Shown here: positions 38,761 to 50,722 of the stretch, piece by piece
Numbering within the stretch: the first letter of the stretch is position 1
Layout: each line of letters opens with the position of its first letter
Origin: Massiliimalia sp.
GTDB taxonomy: Bacteria; Bacillota; Clostridia; Oscillospirales; Ruminococcaceae
DNA length: 64,000 bases
Assembly (NCBI GenBank): GCA_050943535.1
Contig: JBMNPJ010000010.1
Location: 28,916 to 92,915, forward strand
Direction of reading: 5' to 3'
Position numbers and translations under genes: made by a program
The notes under the pieces: generated by a model
Database searches by the model: none
The model's input: only the letters and a program-made list of their open reading frames with translations
Told to the model about the DNA's origin: nothing

Positions 38761-38991
38761 ATGGTATTCGAAAAAGTAAAAGAAATTCTTTGCGATCAGC
38801 TGGATTTAGATGAGGACAAAGTAACTATGGAAGCATCCATCACCGACGATCTGGGAGCAGATTCTTTGGAAGTGGTTGACCTGGTAATGTCTTTGGAAGA
38901 TGAATTCAACATTGAAATTCCGGATGAGGAAGTTGAAAACATCAAAGTTGTAGGCGATATCGTAAAATATATCGAAGACAAAGCAGACTAA
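38761..38991 (+). CDS. acpP: Acyl carrier protein
   Basis: [12 protein letters not shown] phosphopantetheine motif. Confidence 0.96.
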   Translation: MVFEKVKEILCDQLDLDEDKVTMEASITDDLGADSLEVVDLVMSLEDEFNIEIPDEEVENIKVVGDIVKYIEDKAD

Positions 38992-39006
38992 TTGTTAAGG
39001 CTGTGT

Positions 39007-39033
39007 CGGGCGTCGGATTTCGGCGCCCGTTTT
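39007..39033 (+). terminator. Terminator of the fab/acc operon
   Basis: cgggcgtcg/cggcgcccg stem plus T run. Confidence 0.75.
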
Positions 39034-39158
39034 GTTTTTTCACTTTGCTTTTTTTGTCTTTGGATCAAAACGGCAAGAAGAAAAAAAGATTTGGCAATAT
39101 ACACAAAAAAGTGTGGGATATCTTTTAAAAGATTTCATCCGCGGATTTTGTAAAACAC

Positions 39159-39498
39159 TTGCAAAAGCCGGGGTGGTATGGTATTATAATTCTTGCGTGA
39201 CTGCAACAGATATGCGATGAAGCGGAAGGTTGCCGCAAAGAAATTTGCGGGTTTTTTCGTGGAGTATGTCCGATTTTAAACCGGGCGACCAATTTTGAAC
39301 ATTTTCCTATGGCCAGCAATATCCCGGCGATTTGCGCCGATGTGATTGCCATAACGTTATAGGAGTTTGCCTGCCCCGGAAAAACAGTATTGTTTTTTCG
39401 GTATTTTTATCGAGTGAGGATGAAACGCACGGCAACGTGTTTGAATTTTGCGTCTAACCCCCATTAATTTTTATGAATGCTTTAAGGAGGCGACGACA
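39159..39498 (+). promoter_or_regulatory. S10 operon promoter (TTGCAA at 39159; TATTAT/TATAAT at 39182-39190) and ~300-nt structured leader
   Basis: Hairpin plus U tract at 39233-39257; nested stems at 39305-39364. Confidence 0.6.
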
Positions 39499-39810
39499 GT
39501 GGCAGTCAAAGAAAAAATCAGAATCAGACTGAAAAGTTATGACCACAGCTTAATTGATGCTGCAGCAACCAAAATCGTTGAAACAGCAAAAAGAACCGGC
39601 GCAAGAGTGAGCGGACCTATCCCGCTGCCGACTCAGAAAGAGATCGTAACCATTCTGCGTGCTGTACACAAATACAAAGACAGCCGTGAACAGTTTGAGA
39701 TGAGAACTCACAAGAGACTGATTGATATCCTGAGACCGTCTAACAAGACAGTGGAAGCTCTTCAGAGTCTCGAACTTCCTGCTGGTGTAGACTTAGAAAT
39801 CAAACTGTGA
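39499..39810 (+). CDS. rpsJ: 30S ribosomal protein S10
   Basis: [29 protein letters not shown]; GTG start after aaggagg. Confidence 0.98.
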   Translation: MAVKEKIRIRLKSYDHSLIDAAATKIVETAKRTGARVSGPIPLPTQKEIVTILRAVHKYKDSREQFEMRTHKRLIDILRPSNKTVEALQSLELPAGVDLEIKL

Positions 39811-39878
39811 TTTCGTTTGAGGTCAACACAACAGGTCATGTTGGCACAGCCAACCAATAACCTTAAGGAGGTAGCAAA

Positions 39879-40514
39879 ATGAAAAATGCTATTATCGGTA
39901 AGAAAATCGGTATGACCCAGATTTTCGATGAAACTGGAAAAGTAATTCCTGTAACAGTAGTAGAAGCTGGCCCTTGCGTTGTTGTTCAGAAAAAAACAAT
40001 GGAAAACGATGGCTACGAAGCTTTGCAGGTGGGCTTTGGCGATTTGAAAGCAAACAAAGTCAACAAACCTCAGAAGGGTCACTTTGCTAAAGGAGACGTT
40101 GCTCCAAAAAGAACCCTGAAAGAATTCAAATTTGATGACTGCTCTGTTATGAACGTGGGCGACATCATCAAAGCTGACGTGTTCGCAGCAGGCGACATCG
40201 TTGACGTAACCGGCACCAGCAAAGGTAAAGGTTTCGCAGGCGTAATCAAACGTTACAATGCACAGCGTTTGAAAGAAACACACGGTACCGGCCCTGTTCA
40301 CAGACATGCAGGTTCTATGGGCGCATGTTCTACCCCATCCAGAATCTTCAAAGGCAAAATCATGCCGGGCCATATGGGTGTTGAAACTGTTACAGTTCAG
40401 AATCTTGAAGTTGTAAAAGTTGACGCAGAAAACAATCTGATCGCACTGAAGGGCGCTGTTCCTGGTCCGAAAAACGGCATCGTTACAGTAATCAACAGTG
40501 TGAAGAAAGCTTAA
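39879..40514 (+). CDS. rplC: 50S ribosomal protein L3
   Basis: KKIGMTQIF and SKGKGFAG motifs; operon position. Confidence 0.98.
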   Translation: MKNAIIGKKIGMTQIFDETGKVIPVTVVEAGPCVVVQKKTMENDGYEALQVGFGDLKANKVNKPQKGHFAKGDVAPKRTLKEFKFDDCSVMNVGDIIKADVFAAGDIVDVTGTSKGKGFAGVIKRYNAQRLKETHGTGPVHRHAGSMGACSTPSRIFKGKIMPGHMGVETVTVQNLEVVKVDAENNLIALKGAVPGPKNGIVTVINSVKKA

Positions 40515-40531
40515 TGGAAGGAGGAAGCAAG

Positions 40532-41155
40532 ATGCCAAGAGTACAAGTATTTGATATGAACGGCGAAAAGCTCAAACAGATGAATGTTTCCAAAGAAATC
40601 TTTGGGATTGAGCCAAATGAAGTCGTAATGCATGCGGCAGTTGTGAACTACCTTGCAAATCAGCGTCAGGGTACACAGTCTACTTTGACCCGTACAGAAG
40701 TTCGCGGCGGTGGCCGTAAACCTTGGAGACAGAAAGGTACCGGTCATGCAAGACAGGGTTCCATCCGTGCTCCACAGTGGCGTCATGGTGGTGTGGCTCT
40801 GGGCCCGAAACCACGGGATTACAGCTACTCCTTAAACAAAAAAGTTAAGAGATTAGCAATGAAATCTGCTTTGTCCAGCAAGGTGTTGGATAAAAACATG
40901 ATCGTTGTTGACAAGATTGCTCTGGAAGGTTACAAAACCAAAGCGATCGTAAACATGATCAAAGCATTGGAAGTATCCGGAAAAGCGCTGATCGTTATGC
41001 CGGAAATCGATGCTAAGGTAATCAAATCCGCAAACAACATTCCTGGCGTAAAAACCACTTTGGTAAATACCCTGAATGTATACGATATCCTGAACTACGA
41101 CAGCATGATCGTAACAGTAGATGCGGTTAAGAAGATCGAGGAGGTGTACGCATAA
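40532..41155 (+). CDS. rplD: 50S ribosomal protein L4
   Basis: [19 protein letters not shown] motif. Confidence 0.98.
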   Translation: MPRVQVFDMNGEKLKQMNVSKEIFGIEPNEVVMHAAVVNYLANQRQGTQSTLTRTEVRGGGRKPWRQKGTGHARQGSIRAPQWRHGGVALGPKPRDYSYSLNKKVKRLAMKSALSSKVLDKNMIVVDKIALEGYKTKAIVNMIKALEVSGKALIVMPEIDAKVIKSANNIPGVKTTLVNTLNVYDILNYDSMIVTVDAVKKIEEVYA

Positions 41156-41445
41156 TGGTTGCACAAGACGTTATCATTAAGCCGATCATCACAGAACGTT
41201 CCATGGAAGCATTGGGAATGAAAAAATACACCTTCAAAGTTGCGAAAAACGCAAACAAAATTGAAATCGCAAAAGCTGTGGAAGAACTTTTCGGCGTAAA
41301 AGTTGAAAAAGTAAACACCATGAGCGTAAAAGGCCGTTTCAAAAGAATGGGTAGACACGAAGGTTTTAAACCTGACTGGAAAAAAGCAATTGTTACCCTG
41401 ACTGAAGAATCCAAGACTATTGAATTCTTTGAAGGTATGCTGTAA
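41155..41445 (+). CDS. rplW: 50S ribosomal protein L23
   Basis: [24 protein letters not shown]. Confidence 0.97.
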   Translation: MVAQDVIIKPIITERSMEALGMKKYTFKVAKNANKIEIAKAVEELFGVKVEKVNTMSVKGRFKRMGRHEGFKPDWKKAIVTLTEESKTIEFFEGML

Positions 41446-41563
41446 GCCTGAATTTGTGTAAATTCAAATTCAGTCCTTGCATTTGAGAGGCCTGGCCTCT
41501 CAGGTGATGTATGGAGGGCACTGTAAAGCCCTTCGCTAAACCGATAAAGGAGAGTGAACTGTA

Positions 41564-42397
41564 ATGGCTATTAAGTCTTACAAAGCGACATCTGCAGCAA
41601 GAAGACAGATGACTGTTACTGATTACAGCGGATTGTCTAAAGTTGCTCCTGAAAAAAGTTTGCTGGAAACTTTAAAGAAAAAATCAGGACGCAACAGCTA
41701 TGGTAGAATCACCGTTCGTCATCGCGGCGGCGGCAACAGAGTAAAATACCGCGTAATCGATTTTAAAAGAGATAAAGTTGGCATGAACGCTAACGTTATG
41801 ACTCTGGAATACGACCCGAACCGTTCTGCACACATTGCTCTGGTTCAGTACGAAGACGGCGAAAAGAGATATATCCTGGCTCCAAACGATCTGAAAGTTG
41901 GCGACGTAGTTCGTTCTGGCGCAGACGCTGATATTAAACCAGGTAACGCTCTGCCTCTGGCAAACATCCCAGTAGGTACCTTTATCCACAACGTAGAACT
42001 GTACGCTGGTAAAGGCGCTCAGCTGGTTCGTGCAGCTGGTAACATGGCTCAGCTGATGGCAAAAGAAGGTGCATATGCCCTGATCCGTCTGCCTTCCGGC
42101 GAATTGAGAAATGTTTCTGTAAACTGCATGGCTACTATCGGCCAGGTAGGCAACATCGACCATGAAAACGTAAATATCGGTAAAGCCGGTAAAAAACGTC
42201 ACATGGGCTGGAGACCAACCGTTCGTGGTTCTGCAATGAACCCATGCGACCATCCTCACGGTGGTGGTGAAGGTAAATCTCCGATCGGTCGTCCAGGACC
42301 TGTTACTCCTTGGGGTAAACCAACTCTGGGCTACAAGACCCGCGCAAAACATCATCGCTCCAATAAATTTATCGTGAAGCGCAGAAATGATAAGTAA
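41564..42397 (+). CDS. rplB: 50S ribosomal protein L2
   Basis: [12 protein letters not shown] and [12 protein letters not shown] motifs. Confidence 0.98.
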   Translation: MAIKSYKATSAARRQMTVTDYSGLSKVAPEKSLLETLKKKSGRNSYGRITVRHRGGGNRVKYRVIDFKRDKVGMNANVMTLEYDPNRSAHIALVQYEDGEKRYILAPNDLKVGDVVRSGADADIKPGNALPLANIPVGTFIHNVELYAGKGAQLVRAAGNMAQLMAKEGAYALIRLPSGELRNVSVNCMATIGQVGNIDHENVNIGKAGKKRHMGWRPTVRGSAMNPCDHPHGGGEGKSPIGRPGPVTPWGKPTLGYKTRAKHHRSNKFIVKRRNDK

Positions 42398-42418
42398 TCG
42401 AAAGGAGGCAGATGATTA

Positions 42419-42700
42419 ATGGGTAGAAGCATTAAAAAAGGACCTTTCGTACAGCCGGTCCTGTTAAAAAGAGTTATTGAAATGAATGAAGCAGGCGAGA
42501 AGAAGGTTTTGAAAACCTGGAGCCGTGCATCCACTATCTTCCCTGATTTCGTTGGTCACACATTCGCAGTACATGACGGACGCAAACACGTTCCGGTATA
42601 CGTTACTGAAGATATGGTAGGTCACAAGCTGGGCGAATTCGCTCCAACCAGAACCTACAAAGGACATGCTGGTTCCAAAACCAGTAACAATGGTAAATAA
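42419..42700 (+). CDS. rpsS: 30S ribosomal protein S19
   Basis: [24 protein letters not shown]. Confidence 0.98.
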   Translation: MGRSIKKGPFVQPVLLKRVIEMNEAGEKKVLKTWSRASTIFPDFVGHTFAVHDGRKHVPVYVTEDMVGHKLGEFAPTRTYKGHAGSKTSNNGK

Positions 42701-42722
42701 GGGGTCGGAAGGAGGATTTTAA

Positions 42723-43058
42723 ATGGAAGCAAAAGCACATTTAAGATATGCCCGCATCTCCCCGAGAAAAGTTCAGATCGTTTTGGATCTGATCAGAGGT
42801 AAAGATGTCAACTATGCAATGGCTATCTTGAAACACACACCAAAAGCTGCTTGCGAACAGCTGGAAAAACTTCTGAATTCCGCCGCAGCTAATGCTGAAA
42901 ACAATTTTCACATGGACAGAGACAACCTGTACATCAGTGAATGTTTCGTTTGCCCTGGCCCGATTCTGAAGAGAATCAGACCAAGAGCACAGGGTCGTGC
43001 ATATCGCGTTCTGAAAAGAACATCTCATATTACAATTGTTGTGAAAGAAAAAGAATAA
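42723..43058 (+). CDS. rplV: 50S ribosomal protein L22
   Basis: [14 protein letters not shown]. Confidence 0.98.
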   Translation: MEAKAHLRYARISPRKVQIVLDLIRGKDVNYAMAILKHTPKAACEQLEKLLNSAAANAENNFHMDRDNLYISECFVCPGPILKRIRPRAQGRAYRVLKRTSHITIVVKEKE

Positions 43059-43078
43059 GCTGAAAGAGGAGGTAAACT

Positions 43079-43795
43079 ATGGGACAGAAAGTAAACCCAC
43101 ATGGTATTAGAGTGGGCGTTATTAAAGATTGGGATTCCCGCTGGTTTGCGAAAGACAGTGCTTTCGGCGATACTTTAGTGGAAGACTTCAAAGTTCGTAA
43201 GTTCCTGAAAAAGACTTTATATGCAGCAGGCGTTCCGCGCATTGAAATTGAACGTGATGCAGTAAGAGTTAGAATTCACATCCACTGCGCAAAACCAGGT
43301 TTGGTAATCGGTAAAGGCGGCGCTGAAATCGAAAAGCTGAAAAAACAGCTGGAAGGTATGATCAGCGGCAACAAACAGGTTATCATCAACATCGTTGAAG
43401 TAAAACAGCCAGACATGTCTGCTCAGCTGGTAGCTGAAAACATCGCTGGTCAGCTGGAACGCCGTGTTTCCTTCAGACGTGCAATGAAACAGGCAATCGG
43501 CCGTACCATGAGACTGGGCGCTAAAGGTATCAAAACCCGCGTTTCCGGACGTTTGGGCGGTGCTGAAATTGCTCGTTGCGAAGACTATCATGAAGGTACC
43601 ATCCCGCTGCAGACTTTGAGAGCTGACATCGACTATGGTTTTGCAGAAGCAAATACCACTTATGGTAAACTGGGCGTAAAAGTTTGGATTTACAAAGGCG
43701 AAGTTTTGAAGGGTGAAATTGCCAGCACAAACACTGCAAAAGAAGCTCCGAGAAACAACCGCAGAAGACCTCGTAAGGAAGGAGCAAGTAGATAA
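43079..43795 (+). CDS. rpsC: 30S ribosomal protein S3
   Basis: [21 protein letters not shown]. Confidence 0.98.
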   Translation: MGQKVNPHGIRVGVIKDWDSRWFAKDSAFGDTLVEDFKVRKFLKKTLYAAGVPRIEIERDAVRVRIHIHCAKPGLVIGKGGAEIEKLKKQLEGMISGNKQVIINIVEVKQPDMSAQLVAENIAGQLERRVSFRRAMKQAIGRTMRLGAKGIKTRVSGRLGGAEIARCEDYHEGTIPLQTLRADIDYGFAEANTTYGKLGVKVWIYKGEVLKGEIASTNTAKEAPRNNRRRPRKEGASR

Positions 43796-44220
43796 TGTTA
43801 TTACCAAAACGTGTGAAATTCCGCCGTCCACAAAGAGGCAGAATGAAAGGTAAAGCTACTCGTGGTAACTTTGTAAGCCACGGTGAGTTCGGTATCCAGG
43901 CACTGGAACCAGCATGGATTACTTCCAACCAGATCGAGGCTGCCCGTATCGCTATGACCCGTTACATCAAACGTGGCGGTCAGGTATGGATCAAAATTTT
44001 CCCAGACAAACCGGTAACTCAGAAACCTGCTGAAACTCGAATGGGTAACGGTAAAGGTTCTCCGGAATACTGGGTAGCAGTAGTAAAACCAGGAAGAGTT
44101 CTGTTTGAAATCGCTGGCGTCAGTGAAGAAGTTGCAAGAGAAGCTATGAGACTGGCAATGTACAAACTTCCAATCAAATGTAAGTTTGTGACTAAGGAAG
44201 AAACAGGTGGTGAGCAGTAA
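43795..44220 (+). CDS. rplP: 50S ribosomal protein L16
   Basis: [17 protein letters not shown]. Confidence 0.98.
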   Translation: MLLPKRVKFRRPQRGRMKGKATRGNFVSHGEFGIQALEPAWITSNQIEAARIAMTRYIKRGGQVWIKIFPDKPVTQKPAETRMGNGKGSPEYWVAVVKPGRVLFEIAGVSEEVAREAMRLAMYKLPIKCKFVTKEETGGEQ

Positions 44221-44417
44221 TGAAAGCGAAAGAAATCAGAGAAATGTCACTTGTTGAATTAAATCAGAAACTGAGCGATTTAAAAGCTGAGCTTTTTAAC
44301 CTTCGCTTCCAACTTGCCGTAAATCAGCTGGATAACCCAATGCGGATTAAAGCAGTAAAAAGAGATATTGCTCGCATTAACACCGTTATCACTGAGTTAG
44401 AATCTAAAGCGGAATAA
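44220..44417 (+). CDS. rpmC: 50S ribosomal protein L29
   Basis: [16 protein letters not shown]. Confidence 0.97.
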   Translation: MKAKEIREMSLVELNQKLSDLKAELFNLRFQLAVNQLDNPMRIKAVKRDIARINTVITELESKAE

Positions 44418-44441
44418 TAGGGAAGGGAGATTTTCAAAGCT

Positions 44442-44699
44442 ATGAGCGAAAGAAACCTCAGGAAAACTAGGGTTGGAACGGTTGTTAGCGATAAAATGGA
44501 TAAAACCGTAGTTGTAGCCATTGCTGACAATGTAAAACATCCCCTGTACAAAAAGATCATCAAACGCACAATTAAGCTGAAAGCGCATGACGAACAAAAC
44601 CAGTGCGGAATCGGTGACCGTGTGCTCGTTATGGAAACTCGCCCACTGTCTAAGGACAAACGCTGGAGAGTTGTAGAAATTATTGAAAAGGCAAAATAA
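44442..44699 (+). CDS. rpsQ: 30S ribosomal protein S17
   Basis: [20 protein letters not shown]. Confidence 0.98.
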   Translation: MSERNLRKTRVGTVVSDKMDKTVVVAIADNVKHPLYKKIIKRTIKLKAHDEQNQCGIGDRVLVMETRPLSKDKRWRVVEIIEKAK

Positions 44700-44732
44700 T
44701 TTTTCTGTTCATACCGAAAGGAGGAACGCACT

Positions 44733-45101
44733 GTGATACAGATGCAAACTTACCTTAAGGTTGCCGACAATACAGGTGCAAAAGAACTGATGTGCATCCG
44801 CGTATTGGGCGGTTCCCGCAGAAGGTACGCTAATATTGGCGACGTTGTGGTTGCTTCCGTTAAAAAAGCAGCACCAGGCGGCGTTGTAAAAAAAGGCGAT
44901 GTTGTGAAAGCAGTAATCGTTCGTTCAGCTAAAGGGTTACGTCGTGAAGATGGTTCTTACATCAGATTTGACGATAACGCAGCTGTTATTATTAGAGAAG
45001 ATAAAAACCCAAGAGGCACCCGTATTTTTGGGTCTGTTGCAAGAGAGCTTCGTGATAAAGAATACATGAAGATTCTGTCCCTTGCTCCAGAAGTGCTTTA
45101 A
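44733..45101 (+). CDS. rplN: 50S ribosomal protein L14
   Basis: [24 protein letters not shown]. Confidence 0.98.
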   Translation: MIQMQTYLKVADNTGAKELMCIRVLGGSRRRYANIGDVVVASVKKAAPGGVVKKGDVVKAVIVRSAKGLRREDGSYIRFDDNAAVIIREDKNPRGTRIFGSVARELRDKEYMKILSLAPEVL

Positions 45102-45118
45102 TGGGAGGTGCGATGGAT

Positions 45119-45442
45119 ATGAATAAAAAATTGCACGTAAGAACCGGCGATAACGTAATGATTATCTCTGGTAAAGATAAGGGCAAAACCGGTAAAGTAC
45201 TGGAAGTAAGCCCAAAAGAAGGTAAAGTCATCGTTGAAGGCTTGAATGTTGTTACAAAACACATGAAACCAAGACGCATGGGTGAAACCGGCGGCATTGT
45301 AAAGGCCGAAGGCGCTATGTACGCTTGCAAAGTGATGCCAGTTTGTCCGAAATGCGGTAAACCAACCAGAGTTGGTCATATCGTAAAAGACGGCAAAAAA
45401 GTTCGTGTTTGCAAACATGCAGGATGCGGCGAAACATTCTGA
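45119..45442 (+). CDS. rplX: 50S ribosomal protein L24
   Basis: KOW motif GDNVMIISGKDKGK; start chosen by RBS spacing. Confidence 0.96.
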   Translation: MNKKLHVRTGDNVMIISGKDKGKTGKVLEVSPKEGKVIVEGLNVVTKHMKPRRMGETGGIVKAEGAMYACKVMPVCPKCGKPTRVGHIVKDGKKVRVCKHAGCGETF

Positions 45443-45458
45443 GTAAGGAGAAGAAAGT

Positions 45459-45998
45459 ATGGCAAGATTAAAGGATTACTACAAAAGTGAAGTAGCTCCG
45501 GCTTTGCTGAAAAAGTTTGGCTACAAGAGTGTCATGCAGATTCCGAAGCTTGATAAAATCGTCGTCAATGTTGCTTGCGGCGAAGCTGCTGGCAACGCCA
45601 AAATGTTGGACGCTGTAGTTGCTGATTTAGCTAAGATCACCGGTCAGAAACCGATCATCTGCCGCGCTAGAAAATCAGTTGCAAACTTCAAACTTCGTGA
45701 AGGCATGCCGATTGGCGCGAAGGTTACTCTTCGCAACGAAATGATGTACGAATTTTTGGACAGATTCTTCAACGTAGCTCTGCCACGAGTTCGTGACTTC
45801 AGAGGAATCAACCCTAACTCTTTCGACGGCAGAGGTAACTACTCTGTAGGTCTGAGAGAACAGTTGATTTTCCCAGAAATCGAATACGATAAAATTGACA
45901 AAATCCGCGGTATGGATATCACTTTTATCACCACTGCAAAAACAGACGAAGAAGCACGCGAGCTGCTGGCTCTGATGGGTGCTCCATTCGCTAAGTAA
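45459..45998 (+). CDS. rplE: 50S ribosomal protein L5
   Basis: [15 protein letters not shown]. Confidence 0.98.
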   Translation: MARLKDYYKSEVAPALLKKFGYKSVMQIPKLDKIVVNVACGEAAGNAKMLDAVVADLAKITGQKPIICRARKSVANFKLREGMPIGAKVTLRNEMMYEFLDRFFNVALPRVRDFRGINPNSFDGRGNYSVGLREQLIFPEIEYDKIDKIRGMDITFITTAKTDEEARELLALMGAPFAK

Positions 45999-46013
45999 GG
46001 GAGGAAATAGAAA

Positions 46014-46199
46014 ATGGCAAAAACGTCCATGAAGGTTAAACAGCAAAGAGAACCTAAGTTTTCTACCCGTGCTTATAACAGATGTAAAATCTGCGGTAGA
46101 CCGCACGCTTATCTGAGAAAATACGGTATCTGCCGTATCTGCTTCAGAGAACTCGCTTACAAAGGCCAGATTCCTGGCGTTAAAAAGGCTAGCTGGTAA
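46014..46199 (+). CDS. rpsZ: 30S ribosomal protein S14 type Z
   Basis: RCKICGR..ICRIC zinc-binding form. Confidence 0.98.
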   Translation: MAKTSMKVKQQREPKFSTRAYNRCKICGRPHAYLRKYGICRICFRELAYKGQIPGVKKASW

Positions 46200-46256
46200 A
46201 ACTGGGTGCAACTGGGCATCCAAAGTTATCCAGCGTGAGCAAAGGAGGTTGACGAA

Positions 46257-46655
46257 ATGCAAATCACCGATACTATTGCTGATATGCTTACAAGAATTAG
46301 AAATGCTAATTCTGCAAAACATGACACCGTTGATGTGCCTGCGTCTAACATGAAAAAGGCGATTGCCCAGATCCTGGAAGAAGAAGGTTATATTAAATCT
46401 TACCAGGTAATCGATGACGGCAAACAGGGCATTATCCGTATTACTTTGAAATACGGCGAAAACAAGACACAGATTATCTCTGGTCTGCGCAGAGTTTCCA
46501 AACCAGGTCTGCGTATCTACGCTAGCTGCGAAGATATGCCAAAAGTTATGAAAGGTTTGGGTATCGCAGTTGTTTCCACCTCTAAAGGTGTAATGACAGA
46601 CAGAGAAGCCCGTAAACAGAATGTTGGCGGCGAAATCTTGGCATTTATTTGGTAA
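46257..46655 (+). CDS. rpsH: 30S ribosomal protein S8
   Basis: [21 protein letters not shown]. Confidence 0.98.
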   Translation: MQITDTIADMLTRIRNANSAKHDTVDVPASNMKKAIAQILEEEGYIKSYQVIDDGKQGIIRITLKYGENKTQIISGLRRVSKPGLRIYASCEDMPKVMKGLGIAVVSTSKGVMTDREARKQNVGGEILAFIW

Positions 46656-46667
46656 GGAGGGGCTACA

Positions 46668-47213
46668 ATGTCACGAATCGGTAGAAAACCAATCGAAGTT
46701 CCCTCCGGCGTCGAAGTAAAAATCGACGGCAATCACATTACTGTGAAAGGTCCTAAGGGAACCATCGAAAGAGATGTCCACAAAGACATGACTGTTACAC
46801 TGGAAGGCAACGTAATCAACGTTACCCGTCCAAGTGATGAAAAAGAACACAGATCCTTGCACGGCTTAACCAGAACTCTGGTTGCTAACATGGTAGAAGG
46901 TGTTTCCAAAGAATTTACCAAAGAACTGGAAATCCAGGGTGTTGGTTATCGTGCTGCAAAACAGGGTAAAAACCTGGTGATGAACCTGGGTTACTCCCAT
47001 CAGGTAATTGTACCTGAAGTTGACGGCATCACCATTGATGTTCCGGCAGCAAACAAGATCATTATTCATGGTCCTGATAAACAGCAGGTAGGACAGTTCG
47101 CTGCAGAAGTACGCGAAAAACGTCCGCCGGAACCATATAAAGGCAAAGGTATCAGATACGTTGGCGAATATGTACAGCGTAAAGAAGGTAAAGCTGGTAA
47201 AGGCAGCAAGTAA
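46668..47213 (+). CDS. rplF: 50S ribosomal protein L6
   Basis: [19 protein letters not shown]. Confidence 0.98.
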   Translation: MSRIGRKPIEVPSGVEVKIDGNHITVKGPKGTIERDVHKDMTVTLEGNVINVTRPSDEKEHRSLHGLTRTLVANMVEGVSKEFTKELEIQGVGYRAAKQGKNLVMNLGYSHQVIVPEVDGITIDVPAANKIIIHGPDKQQVGQFAAEVREKRPPEPYKGKGIRYVGEYVQRKEGKAGKGSK

Positions 47214-47234
47214 AGTTAAAGGAGTGACAAACAA

Positions 47235-47594
47235 ATGGTGAATAAGCCGGATAAAAACAAGGCTCGGTTAAAAAGACACCGCAGAGTACGTGCGAAAGTA
47301 AGCGGAACTGCAAGTTGTCCACGCCTGAACGTATTCCGCTCCAGCAAGCACATTTACGCACAGTTGATCGATGATGTTAATGGTGTAACTTTGGTTGCTG
47401 CGTCTTCTATGGATAAAGACTTTGAAGGCAATGGCGGTAACAAAGAAGCAGCTAAAAAAGTTGGTCAGCTGATCGGTAAAAAAGCGATGGAAAAAGGTAT
47501 CGAAGAAGTGGTATTCGACCGCGGCGGTTACCTGTATCATGGCAGAGTGAAAGAATTAGCTGATGGAGCCCGTGAGAGCGGCCTCAAATTCTAA
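47235..47594 (+). CDS. rplR: 50S ribosomal protein L18
   Basis: [26 protein letters not shown]. Confidence 0.98.
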   Translation: MVNKPDKNKARLKRHRRVRAKVSGTASCPRLNVFRSSKHIYAQLIDDVNGVTLVAASSMDKDFEGNGGNKEAAKKVGQLIGKKAMEKGIEEVVFDRGGYLYHGRVKELADGARESGLKF

Positions 47595-47610
47595 TGAGGA
47601 GGTAATTCGT

Positions 47611-48114
47611 TTGGCTAGTAGAATCGACGCAACAGGGTTGGAACTGCAAGAAAAAGTTGTAGCGATCAACCGTGTATCTAAAACTGTAAAAGGCGGCCGT
47701 ATTTTCAAATTTGCAGCGCTGGTCGTTGTAGGTGACGGAAACGGTATTGTTGGCTTCGGTCTGGGTAAATCTGGAGAAGTTCCGGATGCAATCCGCAAAG
47801 GTATCGAAGACGCAAAGAAAAACCTGATTAAAGTTTCTTTGAAGGGTACATCTATCCCTCACGAAATTATTGGTAACTTTGGCGCTGGTAGCGTACTGCT
47901 GAAACCGGCTCCACAGGGTACCGGAGTTATCGCAGGTGGTCCTGTCCGTGCGGTAATCGAAGTTTGCGGTATTAAAGATATCCGTACAAAAGCTCTGCGT
48001 TCTAACAATCCTTGCAACGTAGTAAGAGCTACTATCAATGGTCTGGCTTCCCTGCGCACCGCAGAAGAAGTTGCAGCCATCCGCGGCAAGTCCGTACAGG
48101 AAATTTTGGGTTAA
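47611..48114 (+). CDS. rpsE: 30S ribosomal protein S5
   Basis: [15 protein letters not shown]; TTG start after ggaggt. Confidence 0.97.
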   Translation: MASRIDATGLELQEKVVAINRVSKTVKGGRIFKFAALVVVGDGNGIVGFGLGKSGEVPDAIRKGIEDAKKNLIKVSLKGTSIPHEIIGNFGAGSVLLKPAPQGTGVIAGGPVRAVIEVCGIKDIRTKALRSNNPCNVVRATINGLASLRTAEEVAAIRGKSVQEILG

Positions 48115-48129
48115 GGAGGCAGACTGATT

Positions 48130-48306
48130 ATGGCATTAGAAGTAAAATTAGTAAGAGGTCTGGCCGGCGCCCGTAAAGACCAAATTGAAATTGTAAAATC
48201 TTTGGGCCTGAGAAAGACCAACGATGTTACAGTTCAGCCAGATAACGCAGCAACAAGAGGTAAAATCGTAAAGGTTTCTCATCTCGTTGAAGTTACTGAA
48301 AGATAA
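48130..48306 (+). CDS. rpmD: 50S ribosomal protein L30 (58 aa, not in the ORF track)
   Basis: Translated by hand: [58 protein letters not shown]; between rpsE and rplO. Confidence 0.93.
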   Translation: MALEVKLVRGLAGARKDQIEIVKSLGLRKTNDVTVQPDNAATRGKIVKVSHLVEVTER

Positions 48307-48326
48307 CAAGAGGAGGTGCGACTACA

Positions 48327-48770
48327 ATGAAACTGCACGAGTTATCACCAGCACCAGGCTCTGTAAGAGACGTAAAACGTATCGGTAGAGGTCATGGTTC
48401 CGGTAATGGTAAAACAGCAGGGAAAGGTCACAAAGGCCAGAAAGCTCGTTCCGGCGGCAGCATCCGTCCAGGATTTGAAGGCGGCCAGATGCCTTTGCAG
48501 AGACGTGTTCCAAAAAGAGGTTTCAACAATATTTTCGCAAAACAGTATGTTATTGTTAACGTATCTGATTTAGACGCTAAATTTGAAGCGGGAGCTGTAG
48601 TTGATACAAACGCTTTGATGGAAGCTGGTTTGGTTAAAAAACCAATGGACGGCGTTAAAATCCTCGGCAACGGCGAAGTAACCAAGAACTTCACTGTGAA
48701 AGCAGCTGCTTTCTCTAAATCTGCCATTGAAAAAATTGAAAAAGCAGGTGGAAAGACTGAGGTGATGTAA
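48327..48770 (+). CDS. rplO: 50S ribosomal protein L15
   Basis: [17 protein letters not shown]. Confidence 0.98.
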   Translation: MKLHELSPAPGSVRDVKRIGRGHGSGNGKTAGKGHKGQKARSGGSIRPGFEGGQMPLQRRVPKRGFNNIFAKQYVIVNVSDLDAKFEAGAVVDTNALMEAGLVKKPMDGVKILGNGEVTKNFTVKAAAFSKSAIEKIEKAGGKTEVM

Positions 48771-48771
48771 G

Positions 48772-50058
48772 GTGTTTGATGTCCTCAAGAATGCCTTTAA
48801 ATCCCCTGAGCTGCGAAAGAAGATACTTTACACACTGTTGATTTTAGTCATCTTCCGCATCGGATCTTATATTCCGGTGCCGTTCGCTAACAGCGAAGCG
48901 CTGATGGCGGCAACTGAAGGGAATAGCTTTTTGGGCTATCTGAATATGATGAGCGGTGGTGCGTTTAACAACGCGACCCTGTTCGCCATGTCCATTACAC
49001 CTTACATTAATGCGAGCATCATCATCCAACTTTTGACGGTAGCGATTCCAGCTTTGGAACGCCTGTCAAGAGAAGGTGGTGAAGGGCGCAAAAAGATCAA
49101 TCGGATTACGCGTTATGTGACAGCAGGTCTTGCTATTTTCCAGGCAATTGGGTTATACTTCCTGCTGCGCAGCAACGGCGGGTTTGAAGCACAGTATACA
49201 ACTGGTTGGGCACAATTTTTTGTAGCGGCCGTTGTGGTAGTTACCTTTACGGCAGGCGCTTCCCTGATCATGTGGCTGGGTGAGCAGATCAATGACAAAG
49301 GTCTTGGAAACGGGATCTCCATCATTCTGTTTGCCGGAATTATTGCCAGAGGACCTGACGCCATCGTTATTTTGGTGGAAAACTTCAAAAAGGGCGGCAT
49401 GAATGTGTTGCTGGTTCCGCTGGTTGTAGTGATTTTTGCATTTGTCATTGTGTTTATTGTCATCATGACAAATTCCGAACGTCGGATTCCCGTTCAGTAC
49501 GCGAAACGTGTGGTCGGAAGAAAAATGTATGGCGGCCAGTCTAGCTATATTCCGATTAAAATCAGCATGAGCGGCGTTATGCCGATCATCTTCGCAAGCG
49601 CATTTTTGTCCTTGCCTGGAATGATTTCTCTGTTCTATACTCCAGAAGCGGGTACTTGGCAGTATTCATTCCTGAATGCATTTTCTCCACAGGGTTGGGT
49701 ATATGGAGTTTTGTACTTCTTCCTGATTATTGCATTTAACTTCTTCTATGTAACCATTCAGTACAACCCAGTTGAAATTGCAAACGGTATTAAGAGCAAT
49801 AATGGCGCAATTCCAGGAATTCGTCCTGGTAAACCAACTGTAACATTTATTTCCAAGGTAATTTCCAAGATTTCTTTGCTGGGCGCATTGTTCCTCGGCA
49901 TTATCGCAGTATTCCCAATTGTGTTTACTGCACTGACCGATATGAACATCTCCCTGGGCGGTACCTCCATTATCATTTTGGTAGGGGTTGCACAGGATAC
50001 TATGCGTCAGTTGGAATCCCAGCTGACAGTCCGGCATCATAAAGGTTTCTTGGCATAA
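48772..50058 (+). CDS. secY: Preprotein translocase SecY
   Basis: SITPYINASII, WLGEQI..GLGNGIS and GGTSIIILVGV motifs. Confidence 0.98.
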   Translation: MFDVLKNAFKSPELRKKILYTLLILVIFRIGSYIPVPFANSEALMAATEGNSFLGYLNMMSGGAFNNATLFAMSITPYINASIIIQLLTVAIPALERLSREGGEGRKKINRITRYVTAGLAIFQAIGLYFLLRSNGGFEAQYTTGWAQFFVAAVVVVTFTAGASLIMWLGEQINDKGLGNGISIILFAGIIARGPDAIVILVENFKKGGMNVLLVPLVVVIFAFVIVFIVIMTNSERRIPVQYAKRVVGRKMYGGQSSYIPIKISMSGVMPIIFASAFLSLPGMISLFYTPEAGTWQYSFLNAFSPQGWVYGVLYFFLIIAFNFFYVTIQYNPVEIANGIKSNNGAIPGIRPGKPTVTFISKVISKISLLGALFLGIIAVFPIVFTALTDMNISLGGTSIIILVGVAQDTMRQLESQLTVRHHKGFLA

Positions 50059-50082
50059 CGTTTTTGAATAGGAGGCAGTAAA

Positions 50083-50715
50083 ATGAATTTAATTTTATTA
50101 GGTGCCCCAGGTGCAGGCAAAGGAACTCAGGCAGAAGTCATCTGTGATCATTTGAAAATCCCTGCAATTTCTACTGGTAATATTATCAGAGAAGCGTTGA
50201 AAAACGGAACCGAGTTGGGACTGAAAGCAAAATCCTTTATGGATAGCGGTGCTTTGGTTCCTGACGAAGTAGTCATCGACATTATTAAAGAACGTCTTGC
50301 CAAGGATGACTGCCAGAATGGTTTTATTCTGGATGGTTTCCCAAGAACTGTTCCACAGGCAGAAGCTTTGGACAAAATGGGAATCCAAATTGATAAAGTA
50401 ATCGACATTGAAGTTGCCGATGAAAAAATTATGCAAAGACTGTCTGGTAGACGGGTGTGCCAGGACTGCGGTGCTTCCTACCATGTAGATTATAAACCTT
50501 CCAAAACCGAAGGTGTATGCGACAAATGCGGAGGCAAAACGGTTCAGAGAAAAGACGACCATCCGGATACCATTAAGGATCGGCTGCATGTATACCATGA
50601 ACAGACCGAACCATTAAAAGAATACTATGCAAAAACCGGTAAATTAACCGTAGTAGAAGGACAGGAAGAAGTAGCAGATACCTCTGCACTGACCTTGAAA
50701 GCCTTGGAGGCGTAA
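50083..50715 (+). CDS. adk: Adenylate kinase with Cys4 zinc LID
   Basis: GAPGAGKGTQ, LDGFPR and CQDC..CDKC motifs. Confidence 0.98.
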   Translation: MNLILLGAPGAGKGTQAEVICDHLKIPAISTGNIIREALKNGTELGLKAKSFMDSGALVPDEVVIDIIKERLAKDDCQNGFILDGFPRTVPQAEALDKMGIQIDKVIDIEVADEKIMQRLSGRRVCQDCGASYHVDYKPSKTEGVCDKCGGKTVQRKDDHPDTIKDRLHVYHEQTEPLKEYYAKTGKLTVVEGQEEVADTSALTLKALEA

Positions 50716-50722
50716 TTATAAT

